Assembly: GCA_036490295.1 (NCBI GenBank)
Contig: DASXED010000032.1
Coordinates: 2,060-66,059, forward strand
Direction of reading: 5' to 3'
Source: Verrucomicrobiia bacterium
Lineage (GTDB): Bacteria; Verrucomicrobiota; Verrucomicrobiia; Limisphaerales; UBA11358
DNA: 64,000 nt
The position numbers and the translations under genes were made by a program. The notes beneath the pieces were generated by a model that saw only the letters and a program-made list of their open reading frames with translations, was not told where the DNA came from and searched no databases. Of this stretch, positions 27,001-34,962 are shown one piece after another; the stretch's first letter is position 1; each line of letters opens with the position of its first letter.

Positions 27001-28470
27001 TTATTTTTCAGTTTTTAATGTTTCCGCAATCCGTTCCAGCCGCGACGCCCGCGACGCCTTCAACAAAACCACGTCGCCTGTTTTCAAAAACTTTCTGATC
27101 ACCGTCACCGCCGCCTCGACATTTTCAAATTCAATCACCCGGTTTAATCCGCCATCACGCGCCGCTTTTGCCGTTACCGCCGCCATTTTTCCGACCGCGA
27201 ACAATTGCCCGATTTTCAATTCCGCCGCGCGTCTACCGACTTCCGCATGCGCCGACTCGCTGTGCGCGCCGAGTTCTGCCATGTCGCCGAGAACCGCCAC
27301 GCGCCGCCCTTGCAACGGCAGATCGCACAAAGTTTCCAGCGCGGCAATCGTCGAATCCGCGTTCGCGTTGTAGGCGTCGTCCAAAATGCGCACGCCGTTC
27401 GCTTCCCAAAATTGCAGCCGCATTTTCGGCGGCTTGCACTCGGCCAGACCGCTCTGAATTTCAGCGCGACTCAAATCAAGTTCCTCGCCGACTGCAATCG
27501 CAAACAAAGCATTCGTCACCTGATGGCGACCGAGCAAATTAATCCGATACTCGCCGCAAAAATCTTGTAGTGGCACGGGCGTCTCGCCCGTGAGTTCATT
27601 CAGACTGCCGACGTTTTCAGAAACACACGGGCGAGACGCCCGTGCCACTACCCGGAACGTCACACCATTTTTATCCAATCGAATTTTGTCCGCGCGCCAG
27701 TCGTTTTTTTCGCCGAGTCCAACGCGGACAATTTTCGCTTTCGTCCGCTGAACAATTTTTTCTGTCCATTCGTTGTCGCCGTTCACAAAAAGTTTTCCGT
27801 CCGACGGCAAAAGTTCCGCAAGCCAGCCTTCTTCCTGCACGACTCCGACAACGTCGCCAAAAAATTCCAGATGCTCACGCCCGACATTCGTCAGCACGCC
27901 GAACTTTGGCTGGATCATTTTCACCAACGGCGCGAGTTCACCCGGATGATTCGTTCCCGCTTCCAACACAGCGACTTGATGCGATTTTTCCAGTCGCAAC
28001 AAAGTCAGCGGCACGCCGATATCATTATTAAAACTCGCCTCGCTTGCCAGCGTCGAAAATTTCTGGCGCAAAACTGACGCGAGCAATTCTTTCACCGTCG
28101 TCTTGCCGTTCGAGCCGCCGACGCAAACAATTGGCAAATCAAATTGCGTTCGATAAGCCGCCGCCAATTTTCCCAGCGCGATTCTTGGGTCATCAACAAT
28201 CAATAGTGGCACGGGCATCTTGCCCGTGAGTTTTTCATCAACGCACGGGCGGGACGCCCGTGCCACTACGATTGCCGCAACATTTTTCGCCGAGACTTCA
28301 TTCAAGAAATCGTGGCCGTCGAATTTTTCGCCGCGAATGGCAAAGAACAAATCACCTGCTTTTGCCTGACGTGAATCGGTGCAAACATTTTTCACCAAAA
28401 CTTCAGCCGCGCCGCGACGGATTTCAGCGGCGCAGGCTTCGGCGACAAATTTCAAAGAGCGTTCTTCCAC
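27001..28470 (-). CDS. murF: UDP-N-acetylmuramoyl-tripeptide--D-alanyl-D-alanine ligase
   Basis: 489 aa with TDSRQAKAGDLFFAIRGEKFDGHDF and GSNGKTT. It contains two translated palindromic elements. Confidence 0.92.
   Translation of the reverse strand: MEERSLKFVAEACAAEIRRGAAEVLVKNVCTDSRQAKAGDLFFAIRGEKFDGHDFLNEVSAKNVAAIVVARASRPCVDEKLTGKMPVPLLIVDDPRIALGKLAAAYRTQFDLPIVCVGGSNGKTTVKELLASVLRQKFSTLASEASFNNDIGVPLTLLRLEKSHQVAVLEAGTNHPGELAPLVKMIQPKFGVLTNVGREHLEFFGDVVGVVQEEGWLAELLPSDGKLFVNGDNEWTEKIVQRTKAKIVRVGLGEKNDWRADKIRLDKNGVTFRVVARASRPCVSENVGSLNELTGETPVPLQDFCGEYRINLLGRHQVTNALFAIAVGEELDLSRAEIQSGLAECKPPKMRLQFWEANGVRILDDAYNANADSTIAALETLCDLPLQGRRVAVLGDMAELGAHSESAHAEVGRRAAELKIGQLFAVGKMAAVTAKAARDGGLNRVIEFENVEAAVTVIRKFLKTGDVVLLKASRASRLERIAETLKTEK
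27569..27649. repeat. paired-hairpin palindromic element (GTGGCAC subtype), intragenic in murF
   Basis: GTGGCACGGGCGTCTCGCCCGTG (27570-27592) and its exact reverse complement (27626-27648). The AGTGG-to-CCACT span is 81 nt. It is translated on the minus strand as VARASRPCVSENVGSLNELTGETPVPL. Confidence 0.85.
28205..28267. repeat. paired-hairpin palindromic element (GTGGCAC subtype), intragenic in murF
   Basis: GTGGCACGGGCATCTTGCCCGTG (28206-28228) and CACGGGCGGGACGCCCGTGCCAC (28244-28266). It is 63 nt long and translated as VARASRPCVDEKLTGKMPVPL. Confidence 0.85.
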
Positions 28471-28476
28471 AAAATT

Positions 28477-30417
28477 TCAACGCGAAACGCCCGCCGCCAC
28501 GAGCGTCGTATGCGAATTTGGTTTCTGCAAATCTTCATCCGCCGGAATGTTCAGATAACTCGCGCAACGCGCGGCGACATTGTGAAAAACCGGGCCGCAG
28601 AGAGCGCCGCCGAACGCGCGTCCGCCTTCCTTGGGTGAATCCATCACGATGGAAATGCAGATTTGCGGATTGTCCGCCGGGAAAAATCCGATGAACGAAA
28701 CGACGAAGCGGTCGTTCGCATATTTTCCGTCCACAACTTTTTGCGCCGTGCCGGTTTTTCCAGCGACGACATAATTTCCAAGGCTCGCCAGCGGCGCGGT
28801 GCCGTCCTTGCTAACAACTGTTTTCAACGCCTCGACCATTTCGCGCGCTGTGTCTTCGCTGACGACGCGGCGGACGGCCTGTGGTTCGTATTTTTGCACG
28901 ACGTTGCCGTCGCTGTCTTGAAGCTGTTTCACGAGCATCGGGCGCATGAGCACGCCGCCGTTAGCAATCGCGCTGACGGCCATCGCCATTTGCAGCCGCG
29001 TCACGGCCACGCCCTGCCCCATCGGGATTTGCACGATGGAATATTTTCCCCATTCATTTGCCGGACGAACGAAGTGTTTCGCGCTGACTTCGCCGGGCAG
29101 CGGAATTCCCGTCGCCTCGCCGAGGCCGAAATTTTCCATGTAATCGTAAAGCCTCGGCGCCTGGAGTTTTATCCCGATTTTCGACGCGCCGATGTTCGAA
29201 GATTTTTCCAAAACTTCCCAGACGGGAATGTTGCCGAGATGATTATGCTCCGCGTCGTGCAAAACAATTCCGCCGTAATGAAAAAGCCCGTTCTCGCAAA
29301 ACACCGTGTCGTTGAGTGAAACAACGTGGTCGTTCAGCGCGCCGGAAATGACAATTGTTTTGAACGTCGAGCCGGGTTCCATCACGTCGCTGATGAGGCG
29401 GTCCGGCTCGTTGTTCGTGGTGATGGTTTGCAGATTGTTCGGGTCAAAATTTGGGAACGACGCCATCGCCAGAATTTCGCCCGTGCGCGGGCGGATGACG
29501 ATGCCGGTGATTCCTGCGGGCGCGTGCTCGCGCATCGCGTCGGCCATTTCGGTCTCCAAAATGTTTTGCACCGCCGTGTCAATCGTCAGCACGACGCTCA
29601 AGCCGTCGCGCGCCTGAACGTCCTCGTCGCGATATGCGGTCAGCTCGTTTTTGCGGCTGTCCATTCCCGTCACGCGCCAGCCGGATGCGCCTTCGAGCTT
29701 GTCGTCGAAAAATTTCTCGATGCCGTCGTAGCCAAAAAGTTCGGGAGCGCCGTTTGTATTTTCCCGCGTGCCGACAAAACCAAGAACGTGCGCCGCGAGC
29801 GAGCCGTTTTGATAAACGCGCAACTGGTCATCCTCGCCAAAAATCGCGTATTGCCGCAAGTTGTAGGCGAAATTTCTGAAATTCACGCGCTCGGTTTTTG
29901 ACATTTTGCTCTGGTCAACTGCCAGCGGCAGATTTGTCATCGTGCAATAAATTTTCCGCCACGTTTCATCGGAAACTTTTCGTTCGAGAACCGCATATTG
30001 ATTCGTGACCGTCTGGCCTTTTGAATTCCTCATCAGGCGCGGCTGCAATTTCTGGAACAAATCCGCCTCGTCCATTTGCAACAGCGGCGCGAGCGCGTGC
30101 GCGACGGCAGCTTGTTGATTTCCGATGAGCGATGGATTCGCGCAAATCGTTTTCACGGGAACGCTGGTCGCGAGGAGATTTCCGTTCGCGTCCAAAATGT
30201 CGCCGCGACGCGCGGCTTGCGGGATTTTTTCTTGCGAACCTTTTTCCGCAAGCGCGGCGAGTTCGCCGTGACGCCACACTTGCAAATCCACGAGCCGGTA
30301 GCCCAGCCCGGCGAACGCCACTACGACGAGCGCGAGCATCGCCAGCAGTCGGGCGAGTTGTTGTCCGCGATTTTTCATCCCAAAATGGCCAGCCGCCCGT
30401 GGCGATCGGTTCCTCAA
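28477..30417 (-). CDS. ftsI: peptidoglycan D,D-transpeptidase FtsI (class B PBP)
   Basis: 646-aa ORF. The real start may be MKNRGQQ at 30378. It has an N-terminal TM segment and the STFK, SSN and KTGT motifs. Confidence 0.9.
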   Translation of the reverse strand: MRNRSPRAAGHFGMKNRGQQLARLLAMLALVVVAFAGLGYRLVDLQVWRHGELAALAEKGSQEKIPQAARRGDILDANGNLLATSVPVKTICANPSLIGNQQAAVAHALAPLLQMDEADLFQKLQPRLMRNSKGQTVTNQYAVLERKVSDETWRKIYCTMTNLPLAVDQSKMSKTERVNFRNFAYNLRQYAIFGEDDQLRVYQNGSLAAHVLGFVGTRENTNGAPELFGYDGIEKFFDDKLEGASGWRVTGMDSRKNELTAYRDEDVQARDGLSVVLTIDTAVQNILETEMADAMREHAPAGITGIVIRPRTGEILAMASFPNFDPNNLQTITTNNEPDRLISDVMEPGSTFKTIVISGALNDHVVSLNDTVFCENGLFHYGGIVLHDAEHNHLGNIPVWEVLEKSSNIGASKIGIKLQAPRLYDYMENFGLGEATGIPLPGEVSAKHFVRPANEWGKYSIVQIPMGQGVAVTRLQMAMAVSAIANGGVLMRPMLVKQLQDSDGNVVQKYEPQAVRRVVSEDTAREMVEALKTVVSKDGTAPLASLGNYVVAGKTGTAQKVVDGKYANDRFVVSFIGFFPADNPQICISIVMDSPKEGGRAFGGALCGPVFHNVAARCASYLNIPADEDLQKPNSHTTLVAAGVSR

Positions 30418-30455
30418 CCAACGGCGTCACGAGCGGCGGCCAAAATTTTAATTTA

Positions 30456-30839
30456 TTATTGCGTTGTCACGTCAATTGGCCGCGCGGCGAACTGTCGCGT
30501 CAAAATTTTATTTTCCGGCGTTGAAACCGAAGGCTCGGCCAGCCGGACGACTTGCATCGGCTGCGCGGGCAAAAGACCGAGGTTCAATTCTCTCGCGCGC
30601 GAATCTAATTTCATCGGCGAACGCAATTCTGCCAAATTCTTCACACGCTGATCATCGTCCTTCTGCAATTGGGCGAGGCGGATTTCTTTATTGCGAATTT
30701 GTTTTCCCAATTCGTAAATCTGGCCTTTCTGCCAGACATAACCGACCGCCGCGCCAGCAATCACGAAGCACGCAAAAAACGCCGCCAGCGCCGGACCGAA
30801 CCGGATTGACGCCGACTGACTGTTTCGATTTTTTGCCAT
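30456..30839 (-). CDS. ftsL: cell division protein FtsL-like
   Basis: 127-aa bitopic protein with one TM segment and a coiled-coil-like segment. It occupies the canonical position between rsmH and ftsI. Confidence 0.62.
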   Translation of the reverse strand: MAKNRNSQSASIRFGPALAAFFACFVIAGAAVGYVWQKGQIYELGKQIRNKEIRLAQLQKDDDQRVKNLAELRSPMKLDSRARELNLGLLPAQPMQVVRLAEPSVSTPENKILTRQFAARPIDVTTQ

Positions 30840-30848
30840 TTTTTATTT

Positions 30849-30936
30849 AGTGGCACGGGCGTCTCGCCCGTGAGTTTCAAATTTTCTGTGTGCATCGGCT
30901 TCACTCGCAACGCACGGGCGGGACGCCCGTGCCACT
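30849..30936. repeat. paired-hairpin palindromic element (GTGGCAC subtype), intergenic ftsL-rsmH
   Basis: GTGGCACGGGCGTCTCGCCCGTG (30850-30872) and CACGGGCGGGACGCCCGTGCCAC (30913-30935). The right terminus overlaps the rsmH stop codon (cta at 30935-30937). Confidence 0.85.
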
Positions 30937-31876
30937 ATGCACGTTCAATTTTCTCCAAAATTCTCAACTGCGCGCTGCGGCTGCGCGGATTTTCCTGCAA
31001 TTCTTTTTCTCCGGGCAAAATTGCCTTACGATTCACCCATTTCATTTCCGGCGCGCGCGGCTGTCGCAATTCCGGCACGTCCACTTCGCCGCTGAACGTG
31101 TAATCTCGCGTTTTTTCGCGGCCAAAATCTTTCACGATGCGATCTTCGAGCGAATGAAACGTGATGACCGCCAATCGTCCGCCTGGTTTCAAAATTTTCA
31201 CCGCTGCTTCCAGCCCGCGTTTCAAAGAACCGATTTCGTCGTTCACCGCGATCCGCAGCGCTTGAAAAACTTTTGTCGCCGGATGCGATTTTTTTCCGTG
31301 GCGCGGCGCAAGCCGCTCGATCAATTCCGCCAACTGCTTCGTCGTCTCAAATTTTCGCTGCGCGCGGTCGTGGACAATTGCCTTTGCAAATCTTCGCGAC
31401 TCGCGCTCACCGCCAAATTCCCAAAAAATCTTCGCCAGTTCCTCGGCACTCAAATCGTTCACCAAATCCGCCGCCATCAGTTTTTGCCGGTCGTCCATCC
31501 GCATATCGAGCGGGCCATCGTTCTGAAAACTGAACCCGCGTTCCGCCGAATCCAGTTGCGGCGAACTTACGCCCAAATCCAAAATCACGCCGTCACAACT
31601 TTTTTCCGCAATCCAATCCGCCATTTCCGAAAAATTTCCGCGCCGGATTTCAAAACGTCCGGCGAATTTTTCGGCGAGCCGTTTCTGCGCGGCTTCAACC
31701 GCGACGCCATCGCGATCGCACCCAGACAGCCATCCAGTCGGCGAACTCGCCGCCAGAATGCTCGCGGCGTGACCAGCTCCACCGAGCGTGCCGTCGGCGT
31801 AGCGGCCGCCCGGCCTCGGCTTCAGCGCGTCCAACACCTCCGCCGCCATCACTGGTTTGTGAATGAATTCTGGCAC
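30935..31876 (-). CDS. rsmH: 16S rRNA (cytosine1402-N4)-methyltransferase
   Basis: 313 aa with HKPVM, DGTLGGAGHA, DLGVSSPQLD and FHSLEDRIVK. Confidence 0.94.
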   Translation of the reverse strand: MPEFIHKPVMAAEVLDALKPRPGGRYADGTLGGAGHAASILAASSPTGWLSGCDRDGVAVEAAQKRLAEKFAGRFEIRRGNFSEMADWIAEKSCDGVILDLGVSSPQLDSAERGFSFQNDGPLDMRMDDRQKLMAADLVNDLSAEELAKIFWEFGGERESRRFAKAIVHDRAQRKFETTKQLAELIERLAPRHGKKSHPATKVFQALRIAVNDEIGSLKRGLEAAVKILKPGGRLAVITFHSLEDRIVKDFGREKTRDYTFSGEVDVPELRQPRAPEMKWVNRKAILPGEKELQENPRSRSAQLRILEKIERA

Positions 31877-31892
31877 TTCGCATTTTTGTTAA

Positions 31893-32399
31893 TCAGAGCG
31901 CCGTCGCCTTCAAAAGCCGTTCACCCAAAATCTCCCACGATTTTTTTGCAGGCGGCAAATCGGCGACAATTTTTTGCGGGCGCGATTTCATCGGAATGAT
32001 TTCCACGTCCGCGTCGGTCAAATCGTTGTGGACGACTTTCACGCTATCCAAAGAAAGTTCGGACTGAACAATCGGGCGCGAAAAAGTTTTTTCTTCCTGC
32101 GAGCCACGCAGCATTGTCATCGGATTCAATTTCGTCGTCCAAGTCGCCAGAGATTTTGGCGTTGAAGAAATTGCCGGCATCTTTTGCGTCTTCGTCCAAG
32201 ATGGCGTGGAAACTTTTTCCATTGGCGCAACTGGATTTTCCAGCGGCGTTTTCGGCGATTCATTTTGCGACGGAGTCACAAATGGATTTTTCGGCGAACC
32301 GAATTTTGGAAGATACGCCTGCTTGCTTTCGCGATACGCCATCGCGCCGCGTCCGCTCACCAGACTTTTTCCCGCTGCCATCAGTTTTCCTAGTTTCAT
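31893..32399 (-). CDS. hypothetical Pro/Ser/Lys-rich protein between mraZ and rsmH
   Basis: 168 aa counted from MKLGKLMAAG (ATG at 32399, 5 nt after the mraZ stop). The composition is low-complexity and I recognise no family. Confidence 0.42.
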   Translation of the reverse strand: MKLGKLMAAGKSLVSGRGAMAYRESKQAYLPKFGSPKNPFVTPSQNESPKTPLENPVAPMEKVSTPSWTKTQKMPAISSTPKSLATWTTKLNPMTMLRGSQEEKTFSRPIVQSELSLDSVKVVHNDLTDADVEIIPMKSRPQKIVADLPPAKKSWEILGERLLKATAL

Positions 32400-32403
32400 A
32401 ATT

Positions 32404-32868
32404 TTATTCCATGAGTTTGAAGGCTTCGGACGCGAGAACTGCGTCGGCGGCCTTGACGTTTTCGTGACGACCCGGATTCCAAATCTCAAAACGATCAAGC
32501 AGGCCGACGAACACCGCCTCGTCTTTGATGCCTGCCGCGCGCGCCATTTCGTCTGGCAAGCAAATTCGTCCGGCCTTGTCCAACGTGACCTGAACGGATT
32601 CGCTGCCGATAAATCTTTTCAAAACAGTTTTGTTCGGGTTGCCGTTCGGCATCGCGTCAATGTCCGCCTTCATCTTTGCCATCTGCGCCGGAGGCAAAAC
32701 GCGCAGGCAAGTTCCCGCCTGATGTTGCGGCCAGAGCATCAGCGTCAGTTCCGTGCCTGCTTTTTCAGGCCGCCATTTTGCCGGAATCTGGACGCGCCGC
32801 TTCTCGTCCACTCCATGCCGATAGAGCGAATTGTAATAACTCGGCCCGGTTGTTTTCGCGGCGCTCAT
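32404..32868 (-). CDS. mraZ: transcriptional regulator MraZ
   Basis: 154 aa with two SpoVT/AbrB-like halves (DEKRRVQIP and LDKAGRICLP). It is the first gene of the dcw cluster. Confidence 0.92.
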   Translation of the reverse strand: MSAAKTTGPSYYNSLYRHGVDEKRRVQIPAKWRPEKAGTELTLMLWPQHQAGTCLRVLPPAQMAKMKADIDAMPNGNPNKTVLKRFIGSESVQVTLDKAGRICLPDEMARAAGIKDEAVFVGLLDRFEIWNPGRHENVKAADAVLASEAFKLME

Positions 32869-33066
32869 TTATTCACCAACAATCCAAAAACGGTCTAGTA
32901 ACCCACAACGACCCACTATTAACCACTTTAACCCACCGATGTCAACCAAAAATGTGACGGAAAAATGGCGGTTTATTGGAAAGTTATTCACAATCCAAAA
33001 CCGCCGGAATCGCCGCCAAATCTCAATCCTGTTTTCAAAACCGTGATTCTGCTACGTTTGCGCGCG

Positions 33067-34137
33067 ATGCAAACCGCTGATTTCAATTACGAACTGCCGC
33101 CGGAACTGATCGCGCAACATCCCGCGAGCAAACGCGACGAATCGCGACTGCTCGTTTTGCACCGAAATGAAAATTGCGTCGAACACCGGCAATTCCCAGA
33201 TTTGCTGGAATTTCTCCGCGCAGGCGACGTGCTTGTGCTCAACAATTCCCGCGTGATTCCAGCGCGATTGCGCGGAGCGAACGCCAAAAGCGGCGGAAAG
33301 TTTGAAATGCTTTTGATTGAAGAAAACGCGACAAACGACTGGTGGACGATGATCCGTCCCGGAAAAAAAGCGCGGATTGGAACACAAATTCTTTTGCACG
33401 ACGCCAACGGCCAGCCGACAAAAATCATCGCCACAGTTTTGGCCGCAAATTCAGAATGCCATCGGCGTCTGAAATTTTCCGGCATGGACGATTTGCGCGG
33501 TGAACTGGATTCGCTCGGCGAAATGCCTTTGCCGCCATACATTCACCGCGACGGCAAACTGGCGGAGGACAAAAACCGTTATCAAACTGTCTTTGCAAAA
33601 ACCGACGGCTCCGTCGCCGCGCCGACGGCTGGCTTGCATTTTACGAAAGAATTGCTGGAGCAAATCCGCGCGCGCGGTGTGAAAATTTGTTTCGTCACTT
33701 TGCACGTCGGACTCGGAACTTTCCTGCCGGTGAAATCTGAAAATCTTGCCGGCCACAAAATGCACGAGGAACAATTTGAAATCGGCGAAGAAACAGTCCG
33801 CGCCGTGAACGAAGCAAAAAATTCAGGCAATCGCGTGATTGCAATCGGAACGACAACTGTTCGCGTTTTGGAAACAGTCGCCGAGCAAATTGCTGGAAAA
33901 ATCAATGTTTGTGCTGGAAAAACGAGCTTTTTCATTTTCCCGCCGTTTGATTTCAAAATCGTGGATGCGCTGTTGACAAACTTCCATCTCCCCTGCTCCA
34001 CTTTGCTGATGCTCGTCGGCGCATTTGCCGCGCCGAATGAAATTCGCGGGCGTGAAATGGTTTTGTCGGCGTATGCCGAGGCAATCCGCGAGCGTTACAG
34101 ATTTTTTAGTTACGGCGATGCAATGTTGATTTTATGA
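33067..34137 (+). CDS. queA: S-adenosylmethionine:tRNA ribosyltransferase-isomerase
   Basis: The start is placed at MQTADFNYELPPELIAQHP (ATG at 33067). Other motifs are LPPYI and AAPTAGLHFT. Confidence 0.92.
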   Translation: MQTADFNYELPPELIAQHPASKRDESRLLVLHRNENCVEHRQFPDLLEFLRAGDVLVLNNSRVIPARLRGANAKSGGKFEMLLIEENATNDWWTMIRPGKKARIGTQILLHDANGQPTKIIATVLAANSECHRRLKFSGMDDLRGELDSLGEMPLPPYIHRDGKLAEDKNRYQTVFAKTDGSVAAPTAGLHFTKELLEQIRARGVKICFVTLHVGLGTFLPVKSENLAGHKMHEEQFEIGEETVRAVNEAKNSGNRVIAIGTTTVRVLETVAEQIAGKINVCAGKTSFFIFPPFDFKIVDALLTNFHLPCSTLLMLVGAFAAPNEIRGREMVLSAYAEAIRERYRFFSYGDAMLIL

Positions 34138-34826
34138 AAAAACAATTGCCATTTGTCTTTTCCAATTTTGCGATGACTGCGGACGGCAAGATTGCTTTTG
34201 CGAGCGACAATTTCACTCCATTCAGCAGCGCGCGTGACCGCGAGCACATGATGGAATTGCGCGCGACGGCGGACGTGATAATCTGCGGCGCGACGACGGT
34301 TGAGGTGACGGAAACGATTTTGGGGACGGGCGGCGAAAAATTTCGACGGCAACGGCTGAAAAATCATCTGCCGGAATTTCCGTTGCGCGTGGTCGTGAGC
34401 GGTTCGGGTTCAATTGATGCGGATGCACCCATTTTTCGAAAACGTTTCTCGCCGGTGATTGTTTTGACGACGAAACGCATTTCAAAATCGAAACTGGAGA
34501 AGCTGCACGCCGTCGCCGACGAGGTGAAAATCTGCGGCGAACGTGAAATCAATTTTCGCGCGGCCTTCAATTGGCTGCGTGAAAAATGGAATGTGCGGCG
34601 TTTATTATGCGAAGGCGGCGGCGAACTTCACGGTGCCTTGATTCACGCCGGTCTGGTGGACGAATTGCATCTGACAATTTGCCCGCAGATTTTTGGCGGT
34701 CGAAATGCGCCAACAATTGCGGACGGCGAAGGATTTTTCCGTCTGGCCGAGGCGGCGCAATTCAAATTGATGTCAACCAATCGCGTTGACGGCGAATTGT
34801 TTGCCGTTTTTGCGCGAAAGCAATAA
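34134..34826 (+). CDS. RibD C-terminal-domain (pyrimidine reductase / DHFR-like) family protein
   Basis: 230 aa with NFAMTADGKIA and LLCEGGGELHGALI. There is a 4-nt overlap with queA. Confidence 0.72.
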   Translation: MKKQLPFVFSNFAMTADGKIAFASDNFTPFSSARDREHMMELRATADVIICGATTVEVTETILGTGGEKFRRQRLKNHLPEFPLRVVVSGSGSIDADAPIFRKRFSPVIVLTTKRISKSKLEKLHAVADEVKICGEREINFRAAFNWLREKWNVRRLLCEGGGELHGALIHAGLVDELHLTICPQIFGGRNAPTIADGEGFFRLAEAAQFKLMSTNRVDGELFAVFARKQ

Positions 34827-34904
34827 AGACGCAATCAGCCGAGTTATTCACAGCGTCATTTTATGGGCTTTTTTCGCCACGCCGCACAATTGACCTTTCC
34901 GCAG

Positions 34905-34953
34905 AAAAACGAAACCGTGGAAACTGCCGCCAGTCTCCACGGTTTTTATTTTT
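34905..34953. terminator. candidate bidirectional intrinsic terminator
   Basis: Hairpin ccgtgga-N14-tccacgg (34915-34942). It is flanked by an A-run upstream and tttttattttt downstream. It lies between convergent genes. Confidence 0.5.
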
Positions 34954-34962
34954 GCGGGACGA

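Noticed and set aside
27569-28267. The repeated GTGGCACGGGCG...CGCCCGTGCCAC palindromes might form a CRISPR array.
   Set aside because: The units occur as inverted pairs, not regularly spaced direct repeats. They are scattered across the whole window, many lie inside intact genes, and no cas genes are present.
27001-28470. This Mur ligase might be murE instead of murF, which would change the missing-gene list.
   Set aside because: The N-terminal TDSRQAKAGDLFFAIRGEKFDGHDF pattern and the position directly upstream of mraY fit MurF. A search is still needed to be certain.
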